From: Dehalococcoidia bacterium | GTDB taxonomy: Bacteria; Chloroflexota; Dehalococcoidia; DSTF01; JALHUB01 | Reading direction: 5' to 3' | Assembly: GCA_050010555.1 (NCBI GenBank) | Contig: JBEKKV010000001.1 | Span: 36,525-100,524 of the forward strand | Length of the DNA: 64,000 nucleotides | Shown: positions 20,718-30,416 of the stretch, in pieces | How the letters are laid out: every line of letters starts with the position of its first letter | How positions within the stretch are numbered: position 1 is the first letter of the stretch | The notes under the pieces: model-generated | The model's database searches: none | Told to the model about the DNA's origin: nothing | The model's input: the letters and a program-made list of their open reading frames with translations, nothing else | Position numbers and translations under genes: made by a program

Positions 20718-21524
20718 ATGGTAGAAGCGATAATGGAACGCAACGAAATCTCTTCGAAGCGCCCCAAGTACTCCTTTCCCAAGCGTCCGTTACTGCCCGT
20801 TGCCTTCGCTATGCTCCTGGGGCGCCATCGCTCCTTCGCGCACGATTCGGCGCTGGTGATGGCTAACAGCCCTTATCCGCGCCGCTTTGAGGGTTTCGAG
20901 CGTCTGCCGGAGGACTCCTCGTTCGTCCTCGTCATGAACCACTTCAACCGCGCCGGCCTGAACACGTATCACGCCGCCATGGCCGTGAGCGCGGAAGTTG
21001 CGGAGCGACGCCCCGGCCGCCGGGAGCTGAGCTGGCTGCTGACCAGCGAGTGGTACGGACGGCGCATCGGGCCGATTAAGATACCGGTCGCCGTCACTCG
21101 TTGGGTCTTTGGCCGCGGTGGGCTCATCTATGACCTTGTCATCTTGCCGCGACGCCCCGAGCTCGTCATGGCGCGGGCTTCGTCGCTACGGCGCGTGCTG
21201 GCGGCGCTCAAAGGCGGGCCGGTGGGCATCACGCCTGAAGCGGCGGGCTCCGGCGTTCTCATCGAGCCGCCGCCGGGCAACGGGCTTTTCCTAGCGACGC
21301 TGTCGCGGCACGGCTATCCGCTCTATCCGCTGGCCGTGTTCGAAGAGGGGTCGACGTTGGTCCTACGGATCGGCGAGCCGTTCCGGCTGACCCTCGATCA
21401 TGGGATGTCGCGCGAGGAAGCGGACCGCAGGGCACGGGAGGAGTCGATGACGGCGGTGGGGCGTTTGCTTCCGCGCGAGTACTGGGGCGTCTACGCCGGC
21501 GCCGTCGAGCGCTCTCTCGCCTGA
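20718..21524 (+). CDS. Divergent PlsC/LPLAT-like acyltransferase
   Basis: VLVMNHFN and ITPEAAG resemble LPLAT blocks I and III, but the HX4D Asp is absent. Confidence 0.5.
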   Translation: MVEAIMERNEISSKRPKYSFPKRPLLPVAFAMLLGRHRSFAHDSALVMANSPYPRRFEGFERLPEDSSFVLVMNHFNRAGLNTYHAAMAVSAEVAERRPGRRELSWLLTSEWYGRRIGPIKIPVAVTRWVFGRGGLIYDLVILPRRPELVMARASSLRRVLAALKGGPVGITPEAAGSGVLIEPPPGNGLFLATLSRHGYPLYPLAVFEEGSTLVLRIGEPFRLTLDHGMSREEADRRAREESMTAVGRLLPREYWGVYAGAVERSLA

Positions 21525-21528
21525 CCCG

Positions 21529-22827
21529 CTACCCGCTCGCTTCAGCACTCAAGCGCGGTCTTTCCTTCGGTAGAAGCGGTAGGCTGAGGACGAGCAAGGC
21601 CGAGGCGATGAGGATCAGCGCCCGGTAGCCGGCGATGTACTTCCAGCCGTTCAGTACGTCGATCATGACCCCGAAAATGCCCGCTCCCAGCGCACCCGCG
21701 CCCGCGGTCGCGTAATTGGCGATGCCGTAGAAGCGGGCGCTTTCGCCTTGGGGCATCTCGTCCGCCAGGAACGCCCAGGTCGACGCGGCGTACGCTCCGC
21801 CTGCCAGGCCAAGGATGGCGCCCAGGGCGAGCATTAGCCAGAGGCTCGGGAAGAGGCCGATGGGCACTAGATAGACAGCGGCAACCAGCGCCGCGAACAA
21901 CGCCACCTTCCGCCGTCCCAGCCGGTCGACCGCGCTTCCGGCCAGCAACGCGCCGACGATGCCCACTACAGTCGCCAGCACGAGGATGCCCGCTGCCCAG
22001 GCGCCCGGGCTGGACAGGTGGAAGACGTCGGAGAGGAAGTTGCGTAGGAAACGCTGAATGGACACGAAGCCGAGGAAGAAGAGGAAGCGGGCCGCTAGCA
22101 GTCGCGAGAAGCGGGAGTTAGCGCGAACGTCGTAGAAGAAGGCGCGATAGTTTGCATTCCGAATTCCTTCCCAGATCGGCCGCCCGACGCTCGCCGGCTC
22201 CGGCAGGCGGCGGAACACAGTGGCGGCGCCCGCCAGCAGCAGAAGGATCAGCACAGCGTAGGCGCCCCAGGGAGCGTTGATGCTCGTGAAGAGGCCGGCC
22301 GCCGCCAGGCCGACAACCGTTCCGCCGACCTCGACCGCCTGCTTGGCGCCGGATGCGACGCCGCGTTCCGACGGCGGCGCGAAGTCGGGCACGAGCGCCT
22401 GGTAGGCCGCCTGGCCGAAGTTCGAGGTGACCTGCAGGAGGGCGTAGGCGACGAACGCAAACCAGAAGTTGAACGCCAGCCCGAAAAGGATGATGAACAC
22501 GCCGTCGAGAGCGGCCGAGCCGAGGATGAAGGGCCGCCGGCGCCCGAAGCGCGAGCCGTAGCCGTCGCTGAGGGAGCCGGCGAACGGCTGCGTCACGACG
22601 GCAACGCCCAGGCCGAAGAAGAGGAGCAGCCCGAGATAGGTGTTTTTCTCGCCGGCGGGGACCAGCCTTTCGACCGCGTAGGGCGCGATTAGCGTGTTCA
22701 GGCCGGCCCATAGCGCGGAGAGCGGCAGGCCGTAGATGTTCAGGAGGACGTAGCGACGAAGCTGGTCGCGCGGCGGGAAGCGGATGTCCGACCAGAACCG
22801 CCGCCTGTCGCCCGTCTGTGTCGCCAT
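21529..22827 (-). CDS. MFS transporter (possibly sugar)
   Basis: About 12 hydrophobic segments, LSDGYGSRFGRRRPFI, AVDRLGRRK. Confidence 0.88.
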   Translation of the reverse strand: MATQTGDRRRFWSDIRFPPRDQLRRYVLLNIYGLPLSALWAGLNTLIAPYAVERLVPAGEKNTYLGLLLFFGLGVAVVTQPFAGSLSDGYGSRFGRRRPFILGSAALDGVFIILFGLAFNFWFAFVAYALLQVTSNFGQAAYQALVPDFAPPSERGVASGAKQAVEVGGTVVGLAAAGLFTSINAPWGAYAVLILLLLAGAATVFRRLPEPASVGRPIWEGIRNANYRAFFYDVRANSRFSRLLAARFLFFLGFVSIQRFLRNFLSDVFHLSSPGAWAAGILVLATVVGIVGALLAGSAVDRLGRRKVALFAALVAAVYLVPIGLFPSLWLMLALGAILGLAGGAYAASTWAFLADEMPQGESARFYGIANYATAGAGALGAGIFGVMIDVLNGWKYIAGYRALILIASALLVLSLPLLPKERPRLSAEASG

Positions 22828-22833
22828 GACGCG

Positions 22834-22839
22834 ATTCTA
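22834..22839 (-). promoter_or_regulatory. -10 element of a probable leaderless MFS transcript
   Basis: TAGAAT followed by 6 nt then ATG 22827; no SD. Confidence 0.5.
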
Positions 22840-22864
22840 CAGCATCGTTCGCAGCAGCGCCCGC

Positions 22865-22894
22865 TTGAGACGCGGCTCGGCGTCGTCGTACACT
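22865..22894 (+). promoter_or_regulatory. Putative promoter of the glutaredoxin-like gene
   Basis: TTGAGA-N18-TACACT; SD GGAGG downstream. Confidence 0.5.
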
Positions 22895-22914
22895 GGAATG
22901 GGAGGACTCAGACC

Positions 22915-23160
22915 ATGGAGCAACCGATAAAGGTCTACGGCGCGCTCTGGTGCCCCGATTGCCGCCGGACGCTTCGCTTCTTGAAGGAGCGCCAGATTCA
23001 GTTCGAGTTTGTCGACCTGGAGGAGCATCCGGAGGAGAAGGCGGTCGTGCGCCGTCGCAACGCGGGCATGGAGGTGATCCCCACCCTTTGTTTCGCCGAC
23101 GGCACATTCCTCGCTGAGCCGTCGAACGAGGCGCTCGCCCGCAAGCTGGGTATCGAATAG
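22915..23160 (+). CDS. Glutaredoxin/NrdH/mycoredoxin-like protein
   Basis: 81 aa, WCPDC, VIPTL cis-Pro motif, SD GGAGG. Confidence 0.85.
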   Translation: MEQPIKVYGALWCPDCRRTLRFLKERQIQFEFVDLEEHPEEKAVVRRRNAGMEVIPTLCFADGTFLAEPSNEALARKLGIE

Positions 23161-23169
23161 GCCGCGGCG

Positions 23170-23754
23170 CTACTTCAGGCTGAACGGCGGGTATTCGTCG
23201 TGCAGCAGGAGCGTGTAGGTCTCGACCCGCAGCTCCCAACGGAGGACCCCCTCGCCGAACTCCCACAGGCTGTCCGGGTAGTGGCCGGTAAACAGCGTCG
23301 CGAACCAGCCGATGACCGCAGTCACCAGCCAGGCGATTTCGACGACGGCCAGGACGATAATCTGCGGGATGATCAGGATGAACCGAAAGCCGACGGTCCA
23401 GCGGTTCCTATCCTCGAATACCGCCGGGAAATCCGCCTCCACCGGATACTCGCCGTCGCCGAACGGAGGGTATTCGTCTCGCAGCAGCGCCCAGTAGGCC
23501 AGGGCGCGGGCCCGCCAGCGCAGGAAGAACTGCTGAAGGCCGATCAGGTCCTTGTTCGCCTTGCCGGTGAAGACGATGATGAACCAGTTGATTACCGCGG
23601 AGATCGACGCGACCGCTCCTAGGACACCCGTCCGGCCGACGTCACCGACGATCAGGACGTGCGGTATCGCCAGGATGATGCGGAAGCCGACCGTCAGGCG
23701 ATTACGGGTTGGGGCTTGCGGCGCGACCGAGTAGGTGGCCTGCTGACCGTCCAT
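23170..23754 (-). CDS. DUF4389-type membrane protein
   Basis: From ATG 23754 (SD AAGGAGG); two repeats of NRxTVGFRxILxIP...DEYPPF. Confidence 0.8.
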   Translation of the reverse strand: MDGQQATYSVAPQAPTRNRLTVGFRIILAIPHVLIVGDVGRTGVLGAVASISAVINWFIIVFTGKANKDLIGLQQFFLRWRARALAYWALLRDEYPPFGDGEYPVEADFPAVFEDRNRWTVGFRFILIIPQIIVLAVVEIAWLVTAVIGWFATLFTGHYPDSLWEFGEGVLRWELRVETYTLLLHDEYPPFSLK

Positions 23755-23835
23755 CTTTCTCCTCCTTGAGTCGAGTCCGGCCGATGGGCCCATCTTACGG
23801 CGCGGTCAGGCGAATTACAACGTCGATTGCCGGCG

Positions 23836-24759
23836 TCAGTCTGCCGTGGCCTGGTTCCGACCGCCTCCGACGAGCGCCCGCAGCGCCACTTCGAGCCTGC
23901 CGCTCAACACCGCCACGCCGAGGATGATCAACGCCGCGCCGGCAAGGACGTTCACGCCCAGTGACTCGCCGAGGACGAGCCATCCCAGCAGAAGCCCGAT
24001 GACCGGCGGGAAGTAGGTGACAGCGGAGACGAGCACGCCGATGTTCACCATCAGCCAGTAGTAGGCGATGTAGGCGAATCCCGTTCCCAGGACGCCCAGC
24101 GTCAGCCAGGCCAGCCACGCCTTCAGGCCGACGTCGAGGTTCGGGCTTCCGCCGGCGACGGCGAACGCCAGCGGCCAGACGATGAGCGCGCCCAGCGCAA
24201 CCTGCAGCGTCGCCACGAGCACCGGGTCCTCGCGGGCGAGCGTCTTGCGGGCGAAGACCAGCGCCGAGCCGTAGGATAGCGCCGCCGTCAGGACCGCCAA
24301 CTGGCCGAGGAAGCTGCTGTCGGTCAGGTGCCGGAGGTCCGGGCTGCTGAGGACGAGCACGCCGCCGAAGCCGAGCGCCAGCCCCCACAGCGCGCTCCGC
24401 CCCAGGCGCTCGTGTGGGAGGAAGAACGCGGTGAAAACGGCTGTCCAGAGCGGCATCGTCGAGTTCAGGACCGCCGCGACGCCGCTGGCGATGTGCTGTT
24501 CGCCGCTGGCGATGAGGAAGAACGGCAGCGAGGTCGCGAAGACGGCGGTCACGAGCGCCTTCGGCAGGATTGTTCGGGGCGCGACAATCTTGGGCCGCCG
24601 GATCGCGACGACCAGCAGGAGGGGGATCGCACCGAACGTGAGGCGGCCGGCGACAAGGGTGAGCGGCGCCGTCTCCTCGACGATCACCTTGATGAAGAGG
24701 AAAGAGGCGCCCCAGACGACGCCGAGCGCGACTAGTATGGCAAGTGCTTTTGTGTTCAA
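23836..24759 (-). CDS. EamA/DMT family transporter
   Basis: WGASFLFIK, ASGVAAVLNSTMPLW, about 10 TM segments in two repeats; TTG start downstream of an extended -10 TGC-TATACT (24772-24780). Confidence 0.88.
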   Translation of the reverse strand: MNTKALAILVALGVVWGASFLFIKVIVEETAPLTLVAGRLTFGAIPLLLVVAIRRPKIVAPRTILPKALVTAVFATSLPFFLIASGEQHIASGVAAVLNSTMPLWTAVFTAFFLPHERLGRSALWGLALGFGGVLVLSSPDLRHLTDSSFLGQLAVLTAALSYGSALVFARKTLAREDPVLVATLQVALGALIVWPLAFAVAGGSPNLDVGLKAWLAWLTLGVLGTGFAYIAYYWLMVNIGVLVSAVTYFPPVIGLLLGWLVLGESLGVNVLAGAALIILGVAVLSGRLEVALRALVGGGRNQATAD

Positions 24760-24869
24760 GGGAGTGCTCTCAGTATAGCACCGCCGTCGCTTGCGGGCCG
24801 CCGTCTCTTGACCCTGCCGCCTGCCTCGATCCAACATGAGAATGCATTGAACAACAGAAAGGCGACGAT

Positions 24870-25973
24870 ATGAACTCCCTATTCGATCCCTCCGTCATCG
24901 GCGGCATCCGGCTGCGCAATCGCTTCATGCGCTCCGCTACGTGGGACGCCAGCGCAACCGACGGCGGTGATGTGACAGACGTCTCCGTCCGAATCTTCGA
25001 CGACCTGGCGCGCGGCGGCGTCGGCCTGATCATGACCGGCTACGCCTACATTTCAGAGCAGGGACGGGCCGCCGGCGGGCAGTACGGCATCGCCGAAGAC
25101 CGCCATATCGACGGGCTGCGACGCCTGGTGAAGGCGGCCCACGACGGCGGCGCCCGGATCGGCGCGCAGATCGCCCACGCGGGGAACAACCGGGTCCTCA
25201 TCAAGGGACAAGCGGGCGTCGGGCTAGCGCCGTCGCAGATCGAGGGCTTCCCGATAGCGCACCGCGCGATGACGGTTGGCGAGATCGAGGCGACGATTGG
25301 CGACTTTGCCTCCGCGGCACGTCGGGCGCAGACGGCCGGCTTCGACGTCGTTCAGCTTCATTTTGCCCACGGCTACCTGGGCAGCCAGTTCCTCTCGCCG
25401 CTGGCGAATCATCGCACGGACGAGTGGGGCGGCTCGCCGGAGAAACGACGCCGCTTCCACATCGAGGTGCTGCGGGCCGTTCGCAAGGCCGTCGGCGACG
25501 ACTTTCCCGTCTGGGCGAAGCTCGGGCTGGTGGAGGGCGAGGGCGGCCTCACTCTTGCCGAGGGACTCGACGCGTTGAAGGCGATGGAAGGCGAAGGGCT
25601 GTCGGCGGTGGAGATAAGCGCCGGGCAAGGAGCGGTCGGGGTCCGTACAGAGCGGCCCGAGGACGAGGAAAGCCTCTTCTTCCGCGTCGAGAGCGCGGCG
25701 GCGAAACGGGCGGTCGATATCCCCGTCGCGGTCGTCGGCGGCATCCGTGAGCTGGCGACGGCGGAAGACATCGTCGCAAGCGGCGACGCCGACCTGATAT
25801 CCTTCGCGCGACCGCTCATCCGCGAGCCCGATCTCATCGCCCGCTGGCAGCGCGGCGACACCGCGCGAGCGAAGTGCATCCGCGACAACAAGTGCCTGGC
25901 GGCGGTGTACGCTACGGGCGTCTTCGAATGCCAGGAGGAGGTGCTGCTCCGGCAGCAGGGGTCGAGCACCTAG
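24870..25973 (+). CDS. NADH:flavin oxidoreductase (Old Yellow Enzyme family)
   Basis: NRFMRSAT, GGVGLIMTG, QLHFAHGYLGSQFLSP, RTDEWGGS, ARPLIREPDL. Confidence 0.9.
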   Translation: MNSLFDPSVIGGIRLRNRFMRSATWDASATDGGDVTDVSVRIFDDLARGGVGLIMTGYAYISEQGRAAGGQYGIAEDRHIDGLRRLVKAAHDGGARIGAQIAHAGNNRVLIKGQAGVGLAPSQIEGFPIAHRAMTVGEIEATIGDFASAARRAQTAGFDVVQLHFAHGYLGSQFLSPLANHRTDEWGGSPEKRRRFHIEVLRAVRKAVGDDFPVWAKLGLVEGEGGLTLAEGLDALKAMEGEGLSAVEISAGQGAVGVRTERPEDEESLFFRVESAAAKRAVDIPVAVVGGIRELATAEDIVASGDADLISFARPLIREPDLIARWQRGDTARAKCIRDNKCLAAVYATGVFECQEEVLLRQQGSST

Positions 25974-26087
25974 ACGTCGACCACGCGCACCGCCCGGCCC
26001 ACGCAGCGGTCCGACCATGTTGGATTCTGCCCTGTCGCCGTGCTACTGTATTCGCGGCCTCTGTCGATGATACCTGCGGAGAAACAA

Positions 26088-26768
<681 letters not shown>

Positions 26769-26783
26769 AAGGAAGACTGAAAG

Positions 26784-28175
26784 ATGCGACTGACTTCTCA
26801 CGGCGCGGCGCGTGAAGTAACCGGCTCCTGCCATCTGCTCGAGGCGGGCGGAAAGCGCATCCTCATCGACTGCGGTCAGTTCCAGGGCGGCGACCACTCC
26901 TACGCTCGCAGCGCTGAGCCGTTCACGTTCGACCCGCGCAGCATCGACGCTGTGGTGCTGACGCATTGTCACCTGGACCACATCGGCCGCCTGCCGCTGC
27001 TGGTGAAGGCGGGCTTTCACGGACCCATCTACGCGACGACGGAATCGCGGGAGATAGGGCGTCTGATCCTGATGGACGCGGCTCACGTGATGTACGAGGA
27101 GTACGGCGCCAGGCGGCGAAGAGCGGCGCGCCAGGGACAGGAGATTCCGCCGCCACCCTACGCTGTCGATGATGCGCTGCTCGCCGTCGACAAGTTCGCG
27201 CCGCCGGTGGCCTACGAGACGCTGTTATCCCTCGGCGACGGCCTGACGCTGACGCTGCACAACGCCGGCCACATCCTCGGCTCGGCCTTCGCCGAGATCG
27301 AGGAGCGACGCAACGGCAGCTCGAAGTGCGTGATTTTCAGTGGCGACCTGGGCTATCGCGGCCGTGAGGTCATGCCCGACCCGGCGCAGTGTGGTCCCTG
27401 CGACGCCGTCGTCAGCGAGGCCACCTACGGCGATCGTTTGCACCGCCCGGTTGAGGAGTCGCGGCTGGAGTTCATCGCCGCCGTCAAGCAGTCGATGGAG
27501 CGCGGCGGAAACGTGGTAATCCCGTCCTTCGCCCTGGAGCGGTCGCAGGACGTGTTGTTCTACCTGCACCAGATGTGGGACGCTGGCGAGATCGGCCCCA
27601 ATGGCCGCATCTTCCTCGACAGCCCGCTGGCGATAAGCATCACCGAGGCCTATGAGCGGCACCTGCGGGCGCTCAACCCGGAACTCCTGACCGGACTGGG
27701 CCGGGGAGAAGACCCCTTCGAGTTCCCGGGCGTGGAGTTCACGCCCAGCGCCGAGGACTCGCGGGCAATCAATCGCTTTCAGTCGGGGAGCATCATCGTC
27801 GCCGGCAGCGGGATGGCGAACGGCGGGCGAATCATCCACCATCTGCGCCACAACCTCTGGCGACCGGACTGCTCGGTCATCTTCGTCGGCTACCAGGCCA
27901 TCGGCACGCCGGGGCGGGCCATCGTCGACGGCGCGCATTCGGTGAAGATATTCGGCGAGGAAGTGGCGGTGCGCGCCCGCGTGTACACGATAAACGGCCT
28001 GAGCGCGCACGCCGACCAGCGCGGCATCGTCGACTGGCTGCGCACGAGCGGCAACGCGCAGGTGCTGCTAGTACACGGCGAGCCGAAGTCGCTCGACACG
28101 CTGGCGGGCGTCGTCCACGAGGAGCTGGGGCGGAAGGTGACGGTGGTGGACCCGGAGACTCCCTACGACCTCTAG
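26784..28175 (+). CDS. Metallo-beta-lactamase/beta-CASP ribonuclease
   Basis: GAAREVTGSCH, LTHCHLDHIG, AGHILGS, FSGDLG, EATYGDR, SGMANGGRI, SAHADQ. Confidence 0.9.
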   Translation: MRLTSHGAAREVTGSCHLLEAGGKRILIDCGQFQGGDHSYARSAEPFTFDPRSIDAVVLTHCHLDHIGRLPLLVKAGFHGPIYATTESREIGRLILMDAAHVMYEEYGARRRRAARQGQEIPPPPYAVDDALLAVDKFAPPVAYETLLSLGDGLTLTLHNAGHILGSAFAEIEERRNGSSKCVIFSGDLGYRGREVMPDPAQCGPCDAVVSEATYGDRLHRPVEESRLEFIAAVKQSMERGGNVVIPSFALERSQDVLFYLHQMWDAGEIGPNGRIFLDSPLAISITEAYERHLRALNPELLTGLGRGEDPFEFPGVEFTPSAEDSRAINRFQSGSIIVAGSGMANGGRIIHHLRHNLWRPDCSVIFVGYQAIGTPGRAIVDGAHSVKIFGEEVAVRARVYTINGLSAHADQRGIVDWLRTSGNAQVLLVHGEPKSLDTLAGVVHEELGRKVTVVDPETPYDL

Positions 28176-28858
28176 GCGTCGCCGAGGGTGATGTGCTCGC
28201 CGCTGCGGAAGACGCGCGACGCGCCACCTCGTATGACCGTCACGACGCCGGGCCCCCTCACTTCCCAGTCGCGGCCCCGGCCGACGCAGCCGGTCGCGCC
28301 GTCGATGCCGAGCAGCGTCAGCCCCCGTTCGCTTGACCGCTTCTCGAGCCTGGGCAGCGCCTCGCGGCCCCATTCCTGGAAATGCGGCAGGGCGCAGATG
28401 CCCGGCAGCAGGCCTAATGCCTCTGTCCACTTCCCCTGGTAGCCCATCGTCTGGCCGAGTACCATGGCGCCGGCGCTGGAGCCGGCAATGGCGCACCCTT
28501 CGGGCAGGGCGCTCGTCAGGCGCCGCCAGAGGAGGGAATCGCGCAGCGTCTCGAGGAGAAAGAGCGGGTCGCCGCCGGCCAGGTAAGCGAGATCGACGCC
28601 GTCCAGCTCCGCCACCAGCCGCTCGTCGTCAGCGGACCGCTTGTCGACGGCCATGACGGCGATTGCGTCGGCACCGAGGGTCTGGAAGTGACGGACGCCG
28701 TGCTCTGCGGCAAGTCGGGGGGCATCGCGGGCGGCGGTGGGCAGTATGGCGACGCGCGGGACATCGCGTCCCAGCCGCTCGAGCAGGTACCTGTCGAGAT
28801 CGTCGTCCGGGGGTCGAAACTCGTCGCCGCCGACGAGAGCAATCAGGGGTTGAGCCAT
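28172..28858 (-). CDS. Peptidase S51 / cyanophycinase-like (class I GATase fold)
   Basis: LVGGDEF, ILPTAA, YLAGGDP, GSSAGAM nucleophile elbow, LPHF. Confidence 0.8.
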   Translation of the reverse strand: MAQPLIALVGGDEFRPPDDDLDRYLLERLGRDVPRVAILPTAARDAPRLAAEHGVRHFQTLGADAIAVMAVDKRSADDERLVAELDGVDLAYLAGGDPLFLLETLRDSLLWRRLTSALPEGCAIAGSSAGAMVLGQTMGYQGKWTEALGLLPGICALPHFQEWGREALPRLEKRSSERGLTLLGIDGATGCVGRGRDWEVRGPGVVTVIRGGASRVFRSGEHITLGDA

Positions 28859-28983
28859 CCCTTGTTCCTTCCGTGCTCATTATCGCACGTCGGGGGGATG
28901 CAAGGGGCTGGCAGGTGCGATCAAATAGGGGCGCATCGCGATGCGCCCCTACACGCTGTCATCGTCGCGTCGAATTGAAATCC

Positions 28984-30198
28984 CTACGGTGTTCTTTCGA
29001 AGACCGCCGCCATTCCCTGGCCGCCGCCGCAGCACATCGTCTCCAGGCCGTATCGAGCGCCGCGGCGCTCCATCTCGTAGAGCAGCGTAGCGGTTATCCG
29101 CACGCCGGTCGCCGCGATGGGGTGGCCGATGGAAATGCCGGAGCCGTTCACATTCGTGCGGTCGAAGTCGCGCTCCGTGAAGCCCCACTCGCGCGTTACC
29201 GCGAGCACCTGGGCGGCGAACGCCTCGTTCAGCTCGATGAGGTCCATGTCCTTCAGCTCCAGCCCGGCGTGCGCCAGCGCCTTCTTGGAGGCTGGCACCG
29301 GACCGATGCCCATGTACGCCGGGTGTACGCCGGCCGACGCCCAGGACAGGAGCTTCGCCATCGGCTTGAGGCCCAGCTCCGCGGCCTTCTCCGGCGTCGT
29401 GACGAGGCAGGCCGCCGCCGCGTCGTTCTCGCCGCTGGCGTTGCCGGCCGTTACCGTCGACTCCGGGTCGAACTTGAGGCGGATGGGCCGCAGCGACGCC
29501 AGCTTCTCCAGCGTAGTGTCCGCGCGGGGGTGCTCGTCGCGGGCGAAGAGCACCGGGTCGCCCCTCCGCTGCGGTACCGACACCGGCACCGTCTCGGCGT
29601 CGAAGCGTCCCGCGTCCCAGGCGGCGCAGGCCCGCTGATGCGAGCGCAGGGCATACTCGTCCTGCTCCTGGCGGGGGATGTTGTACTGCTTGCGCAGGTT
29701 CTCCGCCGTCTCGATCATCCCGCCGTCCACCGGATAGCGGAAAGTACCGGCGGTCACGCGGCCCCTGTCCAGCCGGTCGAGGAGCTGCTGATGGCCGCGA
29801 TTGGGCCCGAAGCGAATGCCGGTGATGTAGAACTCCGCCTGGCTCATGCTCTCCACGCCGCCGGCAAGCACGACGTCGGCGACGCCAGTTTGCACCTCCA
29901 TAGCCGCGAGGCAGACCGCGAGCAGGCCGGAGCCGCAGCGCCTGTCGAGCTGGAAGCCCGGCACTTCGACGGGAAGGCCTGCGTGCAGCACGGCGAGGCG
30001 TCCCATGGCCGGCGTCTCACCGTTGGGATAGCTGTGGCCGAAGACGCTGTCGCCGATCACCGCCGGGTCGATCTTCGTCCGCGCCAGCACCTCTTCGACG
30101 ACCAGCGCCGCCAGCGTCTCCGGGTCGATGTCCTTCAGAGCGCCGCCGTAGCGACCGACGGGGGTACGCACGGGGCTGCAGATTACCGCATCTCGCAT
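28984..30198 (-). CDS. Acetyl-CoA C-acyltransferase (thiolase)
   Basis: From ATG 30198 (SD AGGAGG); RRCGSGL, GGVESMS, IELNEAFAAQ, GHPIAATG, MCCGGGQG. Confidence 0.93.
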   Translation of the reverse strand: MRDAVICSPVRTPVGRYGGALKDIDPETLAALVVEEVLARTKIDPAVIGDSVFGHSYPNGETPAMGRLAVLHAGLPVEVPGFQLDRRCGSGLLAVCLAAMEVQTGVADVVLAGGVESMSQAEFYITGIRFGPNRGHQQLLDRLDRGRVTAGTFRYPVDGGMIETAENLRKQYNIPRQEQDEYALRSHQRACAAWDAGRFDAETVPVSVPQRRGDPVLFARDEHPRADTTLEKLASLRPIRLKFDPESTVTAGNASGENDAAAACLVTTPEKAAELGLKPMAKLLSWASAGVHPAYMGIGPVPASKKALAHAGLELKDMDLIELNEAFAAQVLAVTREWGFTERDFDRTNVNGSGISIGHPIAATGVRITATLLYEMERRGARYGLETMCCGGGQGMAAVFERTP

Positions 30199-30238
30199 TT
30201 CTCTCCTCCTGTTGCGCAATTACGAATGCAGGGACATC

Positions 30239-30267
30239 ATAGTACAGAGTCCGTTTTGGCGCCTCAA
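30239..30267 (-). promoter_or_regulatory. Putative thiolase promoter
   Basis: Minus strand TTGAGG-N17-TACTAT. Confidence 0.55.
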
Positions 30268-30303
30268 GTCGACTGGGGGCGGCATAGCGAGCCGCCTTTT
30301 GCC

Positions 30304-30333
30304 TTGACAGCGGGCCGGTGCAAACGGTATGCT
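30304..30333 (+). promoter_or_regulatory. Sigma70-type promoter of the glutamate synthase cluster
   Basis: TTGACA-N18-TATGCT; SD AGGAG 6 nt before TTG 30417. Confidence 0.65.
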
Positions 30334-30416
30334 AGCTTTGTTCAAAACGTTGGCAGGCGGCAACCGGTGGCCGCTTGCCGCTGGGCCAGGCAGCAGTCAG
30401 AAAGCAGGAGAAAGTC

